A stretch of 64,000 nucleotides of DNA, taken from positions 155,684,001 through 155,748,000 of the forward strand of contig NC_086097.1 of NCBI RefSeq assembly GCF_963921235.1, read 5' to 3'. Both the position numbers and the translations under genes were made by a program. The DNA is from Mobula hypostoma (lineage: Eukaryota). The notes beneath the pieces were generated by a model that worked only from the letters and a program-made list of their open reading frames with translations, was not told the DNA's origin and did not search any database. Positions 12,410 to 24,063 of this stretch are shown piece after piece. Position 1 is the stretch's first letter, and every line of letters begins with the position of its first letter.

Positions 12410-13323
12410 CAAAGGTTCATTTACTATCAAAGCATACAACTCTGAAATTCTTCTTCTCTGGGTAGCCATACAATGAAGAAAGAAAAAGAACAGCACCATG
12501 ATCAACAGCCCCCAAATCTCCCCTCACCACACAAAAAAAAGTGAGCAAAAATGGAACAGGCACATCAGCCCCAAAACACCCACTCCGCATAAAAATGAGA
12601 AAGATTACAGAATATAAAAAAAAACTGCAAGATTGAAAAATAGTCTGTAGTCCAAGTACATATCCAAAATGCAGAAAACCTGGGTGATATTCTCCAGAGT
12701 GACAGGCTCTCCCCTCTCCGGTAGCATGACAGAATGATTCTCAGCGATCAAAAGGCAGGCAGTTGGCACTCACCTTCCACGTTTGCCTTTATGTTTCAAT
12801 CTCCTTCATCGCTTTAACCGATGAGCAATGGAAGCTTTAATCGGCGAAATAGAGTCAAACATCAGCTCGTGCCCTGTCCTGCAGCCTGCCACCATAAGGT
12901 CTGTGCTCACTATCTCTGCCTCCCAGAATCCTCTTGGAGACTGCAGAGTGCTGAAGCACCCAAATGATCTCCAAACTTCTGCATTCGCCTGGATGTTTCA
13001 ATCTCTTCATCACTTTAATCAGTGAGATATGGAAGCTTTAATTGACGAAATGAAGTCGAACATTGGTTTGCACCCTGTCCTGTGGCTGCTTGAAAATGAG
13101 GTTCATGCATGCTGCCTCTGCCTCCCAGAATCCTTTTGGAGACTGCAGAGAACTAGATGGCCCAAAAGATCTCCAAATGGCAAATCACAGACTCCAACAG
13201 TTCCAGAATCACATCCAAGACAAAAACAAACATAAAATACATAAAAAAGTGAAATGTATGGTTTCATGATCTATCCAGAAGATGTCAGCTGAGGGAGCAT
13301 TGTACGCAGGCGCCGTCTTGACC
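12410..13323 (-). mobile_element. Non-autonomous retroelement with an internal ~200-bp tandem duplication
   Basis: Minus-strand 5' end ggtcaagacggcgcc; 3' end ctttgatagtaaatgaacctttg resembles Rex/Babar tails; duplicated unit ~12790-12990 / ~12994-13180. Confidence 0.55.
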
Positions 13324-13959
13324 ATTGCAACTTATTTGTTTTCTCGCAGCCAAAAGACGAGTGTAGGTTACTTCTGGTTAGCCAGTGGAGCTGAAACACT
13401 GAATTTACCTGCAACTAAATTTACTTAGTAGGAAAGCACGATGTATACCCAACATATTGTACTTGTATTTAAATAAAACATTTACATATTTAACAATGGA
13501 AGTATTTACAATTATGTATCCTGCTCACTTTCATGTCATAAAATTATGTTTGTTGCAGCTGTTTCTAAAGCACTGACAGTTATAGAGCAAGAATGGAATG
13601 ACTGAGCATACCTGAAGTGCTGTCTCAACAAGTAATTACTGGTACAACTCTCAGGAATTAATATAATGGAAATGCATTCAGACGCACTGCTCCTGGCTCC
13701 TGAGCATGTCAATGAAGCCGTATGATTGAGCCCTATTTGTGTACCATTGCCTAAAGTAAAGAAAACAATTGTTAACACTATGAAGTAATGTACTTTCTTG
13801 CGTTGTGAAAGTTTGTGTGGCCAAAAGGTTGGTAAATTAAAAAAATTCTTTACATCCTTAAATAAACTGAACAAAGTAAATCGACAAATCGACATTGGAC
13901 ACCGATTCAAAAAGCAGTGATTTTTGATGATTTTGTATTTTTTTTATTTTGACTATGCA

Positions 13960-14300
13960 GGAAGACAATGAAAGCAGTCCATTGTATGTGCTAGGTATCT
14001 GCACTCATTTTGTTTATTTCCAGTCAATCAAAAGGACACGAATGTATACACAAGATGAATTCCTCTGCTGATAATTATTAGGAACTAATACACTGTTTTA
14101 TGCTACTGTAGTAGAATTGGTAGTGCTCTAATTTGTTCAGTATTTCATTTAGATACATAACTTGTTACTCAGTCAAACAGTAGTTTATCTTTGTTACGCC
14201 TTTTAATTATTTCCATGAAACTTCAGCTAACTGGGGCAGCCACTTAACTGGGCCAAGTTATATTGGCCTTTATGTATCCCCATTAACCAGAATCCACTAT
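13960..14300 (+). mobile_element. Partial second copy of the Tigger-like element (opposite orientation to 617-2606)
   Basis: 14115-14300 is the reverse complement of ~617-800 and ends in the TIR ttaaccagaatccacta followed by TA. Confidence 0.65.
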
Positions 14301-14619
14301 ATTTCAGTCTCCTTGGCACTTGTGTACTAGAAATAAGATTAAAAAATCTTGAACCATTTGTCAAAGTTTGCGCATTCACCAGTACTGCTTGCTGTGGTGG
14401 ACTTTTTCTGCACCCTACATTGTTTGCTGTCTCAGAATTGACGAGAACTCCTCAGGCTCTTTCTGAACAATGCAATACTGCACTGTTTTGAGCAATATGC
14501 TGTTTTATCAGACCTGGGACATAGTTCATAACAACTGCTGCATCTAGCCTACTCGTCAAAGAAGACTTTAAGCCAATTTAATTCTGCTTCTTGACATTTA
14601 AGGATAGCTCTCTAAACTA

Positions 14620-14910
14620 TCAGTGATGCTAGATATTAAATCAACCAGCAGCCTCCTGAACTGGCAGTAATAACTTCATTCACCACTGCTCTGAACAGAT
14701 TCTATGACCTACAGACTCAAGAAATCTTTGCAACTCATGTTCTCAGTATTATTTTTATTTACACAGCCATCTTTTGCATGTTGGTTGTGGTTTTTGTAAA
14801 ATTCTATTATATTTTATTTTTCCCTGTAAATGTCTTCAAGAAAATGAATATCAAGGTAGTATATGATAACATGTATGGACTTTGATAATAAACTTACTTC
14901 AAACTTTGCT
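14620..14910 (+). mobile_element. Rex1/Babar-like 3' end fragment
   Basis: T-rich 3'UTR ending ctttgataataaacttacttcaaactttg. Confidence 0.4.
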
Positions 14911-15169
14911 ACTGCAAAATGGGATGTAAGTATTAAATGCCAGTGAAAGTGTTAATGCAAAAACCCTATAGATTAGAGAAATCAAATTATGATCCTTGCC
15001 TCACAGCTCTAAAATATAACAATATAATGCAATATAATGCCTACAAATTATTTATCATTAAAGGCATCTTTTTTTCCACTTGGATGCACCAAGATTATTG
15101 AAAAATTGAGGTGATGTGCTTATTGTTTGCAGTCCACGTGCCAGATTCATCTTAAACTGTTATACTGTC

Positions 15170-15795
15170 AGCAGTCTACACATTGGCCTTCTACAAATAC
15201 GCGGTGGAGAGTATCCTAACCTGCTGCATCACTGCATGGTATGGAATGGAAACTGCACTGTGGTGGACTGGAGGGGTTTACAATGGGTAGTTATAACTGC
15301 CCAATGCATCACCAACATCAGCCTCCCCATCAACAAGGACATACCGTCTATACAGAAGGGTGTCAGCAAAAGGCCTGCAACATCATGAAGAATCCCACCC
15401 ACCTTATTTATTGATCATTTGTCCAGCTACCATCAGGGAAGAGGCTACATTGCATCCACACCAGGCCTACAAATCAAAAACAGTTACTTCTTGCAAGCTA
15501 TCCGGCTGATCAACAGCTCCACCCTTTGTCCCACCTCACCACCCATTAACACCACGCCATACACATCACCTAGCATTACATTATGTACATTCAATCAGTC
15601 TATGTATGTAATAGTTACTTGAATGTTGTGTTTTATAGGATTGCTTTTATGTTTATATTTATGGTGGGTTTTTTTATTGTATTCTTTACGCTTATTGTTC
15701 TTTTTATGCTGCATTGAATCCAAAGTGTAGATAATTTAATCTTTTTTTACACTTGTGTACTGAAATATGGCAATAAGCAATCCTGAATCTTGAAC
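15170..15795 (+). mobile_element. Rex1/Babar-like LINE 3' fragment
   Basis: tgcatcactgcatggtatggaa (CITAWYG), aaaaacagttacttc (KNSYF) and an (aatcttg)-type tail. Confidence 0.7.
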
Positions 15796-16135
15796 AGGCA
15801 ATTTTAAGGTATTATTAACAACTGGCATGGATGAAGTAATTTATTTTTCACTTTCTAGATCATCTTATTAGTCTTGGCATTTGACAAATTGCACACACCT
15901 CTGCATTGTATGATTAAGCCAATATTGTAGAAAGAATCTAATTAGACTCATAACTGATTAATAACTTCAGTGATGAAGAATAGAGGGATCTTGAGGTTCA
16001 CGGCCATAAACTCCACAATGTGGCCACACAAGTTGATAAGGTGGTTAAAAAGTATGGTTGTTGGACTTCATTAGTCAAGGATTCATTTCAAAAGCTAGAT
16101 GATAGTGTTATAGTTCTATAAAACACATGTTAAAC

Positions 16136-16568
16136 TGTATTGCAATAAATGTTAAACTTATCTGTTTGTCAGAAGTTCCTCCCCAGTGCTAGCTAGGAAT
16201 TGGCCTGTTTAATGAGCGTTGTGGCCTTTCCATTGGTTGCCTTTTGGCATAGTGTACGGGCTGATGAAGTCGTGGTACTAGTAGCATATAAATCTAGTGC
16301 ACTAAAACCACTCGGTCTCTTTGCTTCAATGGTTCACCAACAGACTGGTCATGACTGGTGCCACAGGGACAGTGGAGATGAGCAGCAGTGAGAGAGCACC
16401 CAAGAAAACACTTCAGATATATATATATATATAAATGGGTGTAATTTGAATAGTTACACTATATACACAGTGTTTACCTTGTCCTGTAAGTAAATAGCTA
16501 ACTCACTTATCGGTGGTGAGTGTCTTCTGCCCCACTCACTGAACTTGCAAACCTGATTTCACACAACA
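16136..16568 (+). mobile_element. Probable solo LTR (~433 bp), family B
   Basis: TGT...ACA termini interrupt the CR1 gtta|gaccacacttgg site; TATA-like catataaat at ~16286; only an imperfect short duplication (aac/gac). Confidence 0.5.
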
Positions 16569-16692
16569 GACCACACTTGGAATATTATAATCAGTTCTGG
16601 CTGCCTTACTTTAGGAAGGATGTAGAGGCTTTGGAGAGAGTACAGATGAGATTTACCAGGATATTGCCTGGATTAGAAAACATAAGACATAG

Positions 16693-16976
16693 AAACATAG
16701 AAAACCTACAGCACAATACAGGCCCTTCAGCCCTCAAAGTTCTGCCAAACATGTCCCTACCTTAGAAATTACTAGGTTTACCCATAGCCCTCTATTTTAC
16801 TAAGCTCCATGTACCTATCCAAAAGTCTCTTAAAAGACCCTATCATATCTGCCTCCACCACTATTGCCGGCAGCCCATTCCATGCACTCACCGCTCTCTG
16901 AGTAAAAAAACTTACCCCTGACATCTCCTCTGTACCTACTCCCTAGCACCTTAAACCTGTGTCCTCTTGTGGCAAC
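16693..16976 (-). mobile_element. Short young CR1 3' end inserted into the tail of another CR1
   Basis: ATRGHRFKVLGSRYRGDVRGKFF on the minus strand; (catagaaa)n tail; catag duplicated at 16688-16692 and 16977-16981. Confidence 0.75.
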
Positions 16977-18275
16977 CATAGGAGCAGAAATAGGCATCTG
17001 GCCCATCGAGTCTGCTTCACCATTCAATCATGGTTGATCCTTTTTTGCCTTCCTCAGCCCCACTCCTGGGCCTTCTCCCCATAACCTTTGATGCCATGTC
17101 CAATCAGGAAACTACCAAGCTCTGCCTTAAGTAGACCCAATGACCTGACCTCCACAAGTTCACCACCCTCTGGCTAAAGAAATCTTTCCACATCTCTGTT
17201 TTAAATGGACACTCCTCTAGCTGGGGCTATGCCCTCTTGTCCTAGACACCCCCACCATGGGAAACATCCTTTCCACATCTAATCTGTCTAGGCCTTTCAA
17301 CATTCAAAAGGTTTCAATGAGATCCCTCCTCATCCTTCTAAATTCCAGTGAGTACAAACCCAGAGCCATCAAATGTTTTTGTATAATAACCCTTTCATTC
17401 CTGGAATCATCTTTGTGAACCTCCTCTGAACCCTTTCCAATGCCAGCACATCTTTTCTTAGATAAGGAGCCCAAAACTGTTCACAATACTCAAGGTGAGG
17501 CTTCACCAGTGCCTTATAAAGCCTCAGCATCACATCCCTGCTCTTGTATTCTAGACCTCTTGAAATGAATGCTAACTTTGCATTTGTCTTCCTCCCCATC
17601 GACTCAACCTGCAAATTAACCTTTTGGCTGTTCTACACAAGAACTCCCAAGTCCCTCTGCATCTCAGATTTTTGGATTTTCTCCTTGTTTAGAAATTAGT
17701 CTGCACATTTATTTCTACTACCAAAGTGCATGACCATGCATTTTCCAACATTATATTTCATTTCCCACTTTCTTGCCCATTCTCCCAATCTGTCTAATTC
17801 CTTCTGCAGACTGCCTGTACCCTCAACATTACCTTCTCCTCCAGCAATCTTCGTGTCATCTGCAAACTTGGCATAAAGCCATTTATTCCATTATCTAAAT
17901 CATTGATATTAAGCATAAAAAGAAGCTGTCCCAACAACGACCCCTGCAGAACACCATTAGTCACTGGTAGCCAACCAGAAAAGGATCCTTTTATTCCCAA
18001 TCACTGCCTCCTATCAGATCAGCCAATGCTCTAACCATGCCAGTAACTTTCCTGCAATGCCATGGAAAGCAGCCTCATGTGTGGCATCTTGTCAAAGGTC
18101 TTCTGAAAGTCCACATATACAATATCCACTGCATCCCCTTTATCTATTCTACTTGTAGTCTTTTCAAAGAATTCCAACAGGTTTGTCAGGCAAGACTTTC
18201 TGTTATGGAAACCATGCTGAATTTGTCTTATTTTATCCTGCCTCACCAAGTACTCCATAACCTCACCCATAACCT
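16977..18275 (-). mobile_element. CR1 LINE RT/3' fragment
   Basis: ORF pieces QHGF...SCLTNLLEFFE, VDFQKTFDK, GVLQGSLLG, KPHLEYCEQFWAPYLRKD. Confidence 0.85.
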
Positions 18276-18938
18276 AAGACAAAGCATGACTTATGTGGAA
18301 AGATTGAGTGAGCTAGGGCTTTTCTCTTTGGAGTGAGGGAGGAAGAGAACAGACTTGATGGAGTGTTAAGATGATAAGGGACATAGATAGAGCGACCAGC
18401 CAGCACCTTTTTTCCCAGGGTGTCAATAGCTGAATCAGGAAGATGTATTTTCAGATGACAGGATGAAAGAATTGGGGGGGGGGGGGAGGAATGTCTGAGG
18501 GAGGTTATTTTACACAGAGATTTCATGAGACTAAAGCATGAACATGCTTCAAACGTCCTGCCAGGGGTGGTGGTAGACACAGATATATCACAGATTCTTA
18601 ACAGACTCAAATATAGATAATTGAGGATAGAAAAATGGAGGGTTATGTGAAAGAGAAGGGTTAGATTGATCTTGGAGTATGTTAAAGGGCTGTTACATAA
18701 TGAAGGGTCAAAGGGCCTGTACTGTACTCATGTTCTATGTTCTATGAATGAGCTGTTTCATTTCTTAATTAGCTTGTATTTCTGCAGGACAAACAGAATC
18801 AAGAACTCATATCTGCATACCTCGACCCTGTTTTATTCTCCCTTGTTCAGTCCCTTCCTACCTATATCTGTGACACTTCACACATTTCAATGATTTCAGG
18901 TCCCCAGGCCTTCACCATCTTATTTTTACTATGGAGGT

Positions 18939-19799
18939 TGTGACGAGAATACACATAAAATTAAGATGTTTGCTGGCCTGGGTTAGCATCAGTGACATCA
19001 GCAAGTGGTCTGCCACCTGCCCTCAGGGGAAGGAGAGATAAGGAACAATGGAGCAGTGTCTGGAGATGTGTAATGAAGGGACGGGGGAGAGAGAGCTGTC
19101 TGGAGTGGCTCCCCCCTTTGAACCTTGAACTGTTTGAAGTGATGGACAGGCGATACCCCAGCAGGGGGATAAAAAGGGACCAGTTCGCTAAGGCAACACA
19201 CACGCCACCCGAGGTAACGAGACCCTGGAAGCGGTATGCTTCTCACGAGTCGGTGGGAAGTACCAGACAACGGCCAGGGTGGAAAGGTACGATCAGCGGG
19301 AACCCGGTGTGTGTCCGCCCTTGCCTGGGTGCCGGGTTCACTGCAGAGGATCGACCGCATCTGGAGGAGGGGTCACAGTCGGTGACCTCAGGTGACATCA
19401 CCAAGGACCCGCCCAAAAGTTGCTTGTGAGCCATATCGTCGGTCTGTGAGTGAAGCCGTGTCTGAATGATCAGTTGTTCCTGTTCCCTCTCTCTCTCCCC
19501 CCACGTTGTCCATCGCCATGGCAACGATTACTGCGAACTGAACTACTAAACTGGACTGAACTTTGAGTCACTTTGAAATTTGGTCATTTACCCCTAGACA
19601 ACGATAGAGCTTGATTGATGCTGTTATCTTAATTCTGTGCACATGTGTGGTTATCATTGCTGAACTGTTGCATTTATTATCCTTTCGATTACTGTGTTGC
19701 TTATTTCTTTAATAAAACTTTCTTAGTTCTAGTACTCCAGACTCCAACTGAGTGATCCATTTCTGCTGGTTTGGCAACCCAGTTACGGGGTACGTAACA
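18939..19799 (+). mobile_element. Solo LTR (861 bp), family C, young
   Basis: TGTGACG...CGTAACA termini; perfect 4-bp TSD aggt (18935-18938, 19800-19803); TATA-like gataaaa at ~19168; AATAAA at 19711; CpG-rich. Confidence 0.9.
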
Positions 19800-20360
19800 A
19801 GGTCTAGTCCCATTACACCTCCATCCCCCTCCAAGAAGGCCTCAAATCTCTCCATTTCATTCTGGATGTCAGACCCAACCAGTTCCCCTCCAGCACCACT
19901 CTGCTCTGCCTAGCGTGACTTTTCCTCACTCTTAATAATTTCTCCTTTAGCTCCTCCCACTTCCTTCAAACAAAAGGTGTAGCCATGGGCACTCGCTTGG
20001 GTCCCAGCTATGCCTGCCTTTTTGTCTTCTATGTGGAACAGTCTATGTTTCAAACCTACCCTGGTGTCCGTCCCGCACTTCTACTACGCTACATCAACAA
20101 CTGCATTGGTGCTGCTTTCTGCACCTATATGGAACTTGTCAACTTCATCCACTTTGCCTCTAACTTCCACCCTGTCTTTAAATTTACCTGGTCCATTTCT
20201 GACATCTCCCTCCCCTTTCTTGATCTCACTGTCCTTGTCTCTGGAGACAGCTTATCCACTGATCTATCCTTTCCTCCGCCATCAACGCTGCCCTCAAATG
20301 CATCTCTTCCACGTCATGCATGTCTGCTCTCACCTCATCTTCTTGCACCCTGCCAGGGAT

Positions 20361-20797
20361 GAACTGGGCTTGTACTCGTTGGAATTTAGAAGATTGAGGG
20401 GGGATCTGATTGAAACGTATAAGATCCTAAAGGGATTGGACAGGCTAGATGCAGGAAGATTGTTCCCGATGTTGGGGAAGTCCAGAACGAGGGGCCACAG
20501 TTTGAGGATAGAGGGGAAGCCTTTTAGGACCGAGATTAGGAAAAACTTCTTCACACAGAGAGTGGTGAATCTGTGGAATTCTCTGTCACAGGAAACAGTT
20601 GAGGCCAGTTCATTGGCTATATTTAAGAGGGAGTTAGATATGGCCCTTGTGGCTACGGGGGTCAGGGGGTATGGAGGGAAGGCTGGGGTGGGGTTCTGAG
20701 TTGGATTATCAGCCATGATCATAATAAATGGCGGTGCAGGCTCGAAGGGCCGAATGGCCTACTCCTGCACCTATTTTCTATGTTTCTATGTTTCTAT
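20361..20797 (+). mobile_element. Young CR1 3' end, same subfamily as 7557-8690
   Basis: About 6 substitutions over ~440 bp versus 8256-8690 (manual comparison); (ttctatgt)n tail; short gat duplication or microhomology at the junctions. Confidence 0.92.
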
Positions 20798-22064
20798 GAT
20801 AGGGTTCCTCTTGTTCTCACCTATCATCCCGCCTGCCTCTGTGAAAGCACTCAATTCTCTGTAACCTCTGCTATCTCCAATGGGATTCTACCACCAAGCA
20901 CATCTTTCCCTCCCCCACCCCCCACTTTCTGCTTTCCCCAGGAATTGCTCCACACGCAACTCCCTTGTCTATTCATTCCTCTCCACTGATCTCCCTCCTT
21001 GCAAGTGGAACAAGCACTATACCTGCCACCTCCTCCCTCACTGCCATTCAGGGCGCCAAACAGTCCTTCCAGGTGAGGCAACACTCCACCTCTGAGTCTG
21101 ATGGGGTCATATACTGTGTCCGGTGCTCCCAGTGTGGCCTCCTGTATATCAGTGAGACCGGATATAGATTGGGAAACTGCTTCGCCGAACACCTATGCTC
21201 CATCCACCAGAAAAAGCGGGATCTCCCAATGGCCACACATTTTAATTCCACTTCTCATTCCTACACTGATATGTCTATCCATGACCTCCTCTACTGTCGT
21301 GATGAGGCCACACTCAGGTTGGAGGAACAACACTTTATATTCTGCCTGGGTAGCTTCCAACCTGATGGCATGAAAATTGATTTTTCAAACTTCCGGTAAT
21401 TTTTGTAACATGTTGATTAAAGCTTTTTTTGAAACTTATAACAGTGGATTTAGAAAAGTCTTATAACAGTAGGGTTAGAAGCCATCCTTCATAACAAATT
21501 ATAGGAGGGAATTCAGAGGTTCACTCATCACTACCCTAAAATGACTATACATTACTATTTAAAGACTCGCATGTTAATAAATAAAGATTAAAGCTAACTT
21601 TATTACACTTGTGCCTTGAAGTCAGTCTGATTAATGCTTTCTTTATTGCATTGTATCCCCATTAAATATTTGTTTTTTCATTCACTTTGAGAAGTAAATC
21701 CATTTAATCATTTAAGCTTAATCAGAGTTTGGAAAAGCTTTGTTGTTCCTTGTGGATGTGTGTGAGAGAGGAAGAGTGTTCATCTTTTATGCCGAGGCAG
21801 GACTGCAGTATTAAAGGATTGTAGTAACCAACTGTCCCGTAACATTGCCGAGCTGAATTCAAAAGTCAGCTGTCCTTCTGTTGTTTTGAGGCTTCTGATT
21901 CTCATCAGAATTTTTATTATAAATATTTGTTTGTATGATATGAACATTACTGGCGAGATTAGCATTTGCTGTCTATCTGAGCAGGCAGTTAAGAGTCCAC
22001 CATTTTGGTTGGCCCAAAGCTAGATGGTAAAGTTGACAGATTTGCTTCCCGGAAGGAGAAAATA

Positions 22065-22770
22065 AAAATTCAAGATTCAATCAAGATTCAAGATTGTTTC
22101 ATGTTATTTCCAGTACACATGTGTAAAGGAGAACAAAATTATTGTTACTCTGGATCTGAAGCAGAACAAGATACACAGCAAGGTAAAGCACACAATAATT
22201 TAAAAAACACTGTATACTGTATAGATTGGGTATGTGGACATAACATGACGCTAAGTGCAGGAGTGTCCACACATGAAGTTTCTCTGACAGGAAATGGTGG
22301 TGGTCAGTACTGGGGTGGGTTCATGGATGGAGGTGTTGATCAGACTTACTGCTTGGGGAAAGTAGCTGTTTTTGAATCTGGTGGTCCTGGTGAGGACGCT
22401 ACGTAACCTGCTCCCTGGTTGGCGTGGGACAAACAGTCCATGAGCAGGGTGGGTGGGATCATTTCTGATATTGCTGGCCATTTTCTGGTACCTTCCTGAA
22501 TCTTCAATATGCTCTTGATAGCGGGTAGGCTGGTTGGAGTCAGTGATGCGTTGGGCAGTTTTGACTACCTAGTGTAGAGCCTTCCTATCCACTACAGTGC
22601 AGTTTCCCAACCATGCAATGATTGAACAATGTTAGGATGCTCTCTACTGCGCACCTGTAGAAGGTTGTGAATATTGATGTGCATAATCCAGCTTTCTTGA
22701 TCCTCCTCAGAAATAGAAGTAGTGGCGAGCTGTCTTGATTGTGCAAGTTGTGTTCTGGGACCATGAGAGC
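22065..22770 (-). mobile_element. Rex1/Babar-like LINE 3' fragment
   Basis: ORF 22251-22481 DPTHPAHGLFVP...GSRLRS....TTRFKNSYFPQAV; (aagattc)n tail. Confidence 0.8.
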
Positions 22771-23217
22771 AAACAGCTGTTACGGATGCTAGGTTTTTAT
22801 TTCAGATTTATTTACTTAAAAGAATTTAAATTTTCTAGCTTGGTGGGATTCAATGCCAGTAGCTCAGGTTTCTGGAAAATTCATGTCTTCATATCAGTAA
22901 TTTAGACTTCTGGATACAAGTAACAGATGCCATTTTCCTCAGGAGCCGTATATGAGCAGATGTCCTGTCCATGTGACAGGTGCAAAGCCAAAGCCCTTTT
23001 TTATGCTTCAATCCAAATCAGGGTCAATGTGATGCTAAAAAAGCAGTAATATCATTGAAAATTGAAGAAAATGATCAAAGTGTCTCTGATACATTGAAAT
23101 GGACTCTTTAACCCTTGTCATGCCAACCAAAGTGCCCACCTGAGCTGGTCCCACGAGTGTGTTTGGCCAATATTCCCCTAAAATTCTCCTGTTCATTTAC
23201 TTATTCAGACATCTGTG

Positions 23218-23630
23218 TAAACACACGCAAAATGCTGGAGGAACTCAGTATGTCAGGTAGCATCAATGGAGGGAAATAAACAGTTGAAATTTCGGGCTGA
23301 GATCTTTCATCATTAGGACTAGACTGGAAGGAGGCAGAATCCAGAATAAGAAAGTGTAAATCCTGACAGGTGTTAGGTGAGACCAGGTGAAGGGCCTTTC
23401 ACATCACCCTCACCTCCATCTGGTCTCACCTGTCAGCTGATGACTTATATTCTGCCCCTTCCTCTCCCCCACCTTCTTACTCTGGCTTCTGCCCCTTTTC
23501 TTTCCAGTACCATTGAATAGTCTTGGCCCGAAAGGTTGACTGTTTATTTCCTTCCTGTCCTGCGAATGTTCTCCAGCATCCTGTGTATGGTGCTCAAGAT
23601 TTACAGTATCTGCAGTATCTCTTGTGTCTA
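23218..23630. mobile_element. Penelope-derived fold-back element (two pLTR ends in inverted orientation)
   Basis: acacacgcaaaatgctggagga at the left pairs with ctccagcatcctgtgt at the right; a decayed hammerhead-like motif in each arm (~23281-23315 minus, ~23510-23542 plus). Confidence 0.6.
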
Positions 23631-23653
23631 AATGTCTCTGTAAATCTGATGAT

Positions 23654-24063
23654 GGCATTAGCGAAAGTGCCCCACCTCCCCCTCCTACCCCATCCGTTAT
23701 TTATTTATATACGCACATTCTTTTTCTCTCTCTCCTTTTTCTCCCTCTGTCCCTCTCACTATACCCCTTGCCCATCCTCTGGGTTCCCCCCCTCCCCCTT
23801 TTCTTTCTCCCTGGGCCTCCTGTCCCATGATCCTCTCATATCCCTTTTGCCAGTCAGCTGTCTAGCTCTTGGCTCCATTCCTCCCCCTCCTGTCTTCTCC
23901 TATCATTTTGGATGTCCCCTCCCCCCCCCACTTTCAAATCTCTTACTAGCTCTTCTTTCAGTTAGTCCTGATGAAGGGTCTCAGCCCGAAACATTGATTG
24001 TAGCTCTTCCTAGAGATGCTGCCTGGCCTGCTGTGTTCACCAGCAACTTTGATGTGTGTTGCT
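23654..24063 (+). mobile_element. Penelope 3' end / pseudo-LTR
   Basis: Highly similar to 33595-33945; pyrimidine-rich; ends ...cagcaactttgatgtgtgttgct; short inverted piece gcattagcgaaagt at the 5' junction. Confidence 0.8.
23963..24000 (+). ncRNA. Minimal type-I hammerhead ribozyme motif (CpG-decayed) in Penelope pLTR
   Basis: tagtc-CTGATGA-agggtctcagccc-GAAA-cat-t-gattg: both core boxes present, stem II ggg/ccc, stem I tagtc/gattg; the cleavage triplet appears mutated. Confidence 0.6.

Larger units (their letters stand above)
15970..18750 (+). mobile_element. CR1 3' fragment hosting a solo LTR and two nested antisense CR1s
   Basis: RPHLEYYNQFWLPYFRKDVEALERVQ (16568-16680) resumes at ~18280 (YVERLSELGLFSLE); tail tgttctatgttctatg at ~18730-18746. 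Confidence 0.75.
18890..21400 (+). mobile_element. Penelope-like element (degenerate RT + GIY-YIG endonuclease) with two nested insertions
   Basis: MGTRLGPSYACLFV...LLRYINNCIGA (Penelope RT, YIDD decayed); FQVRQH...GVIYCVRCSQCGLLYISET..RL...FAEHL (GIY-YIG). Confidence 0.88.

Noticed and set aside
13536..13910. 124-aa minus-strand ORF in unique DNA
   Set aside because: Non-ATG start, no recognisable motif and no splice support.
20010..20699. 229-aa ORF that looks like a chimeric gene
   Set aside because: Chance read-through from an off-frame Penelope segment into the inserted CR1 3' end.
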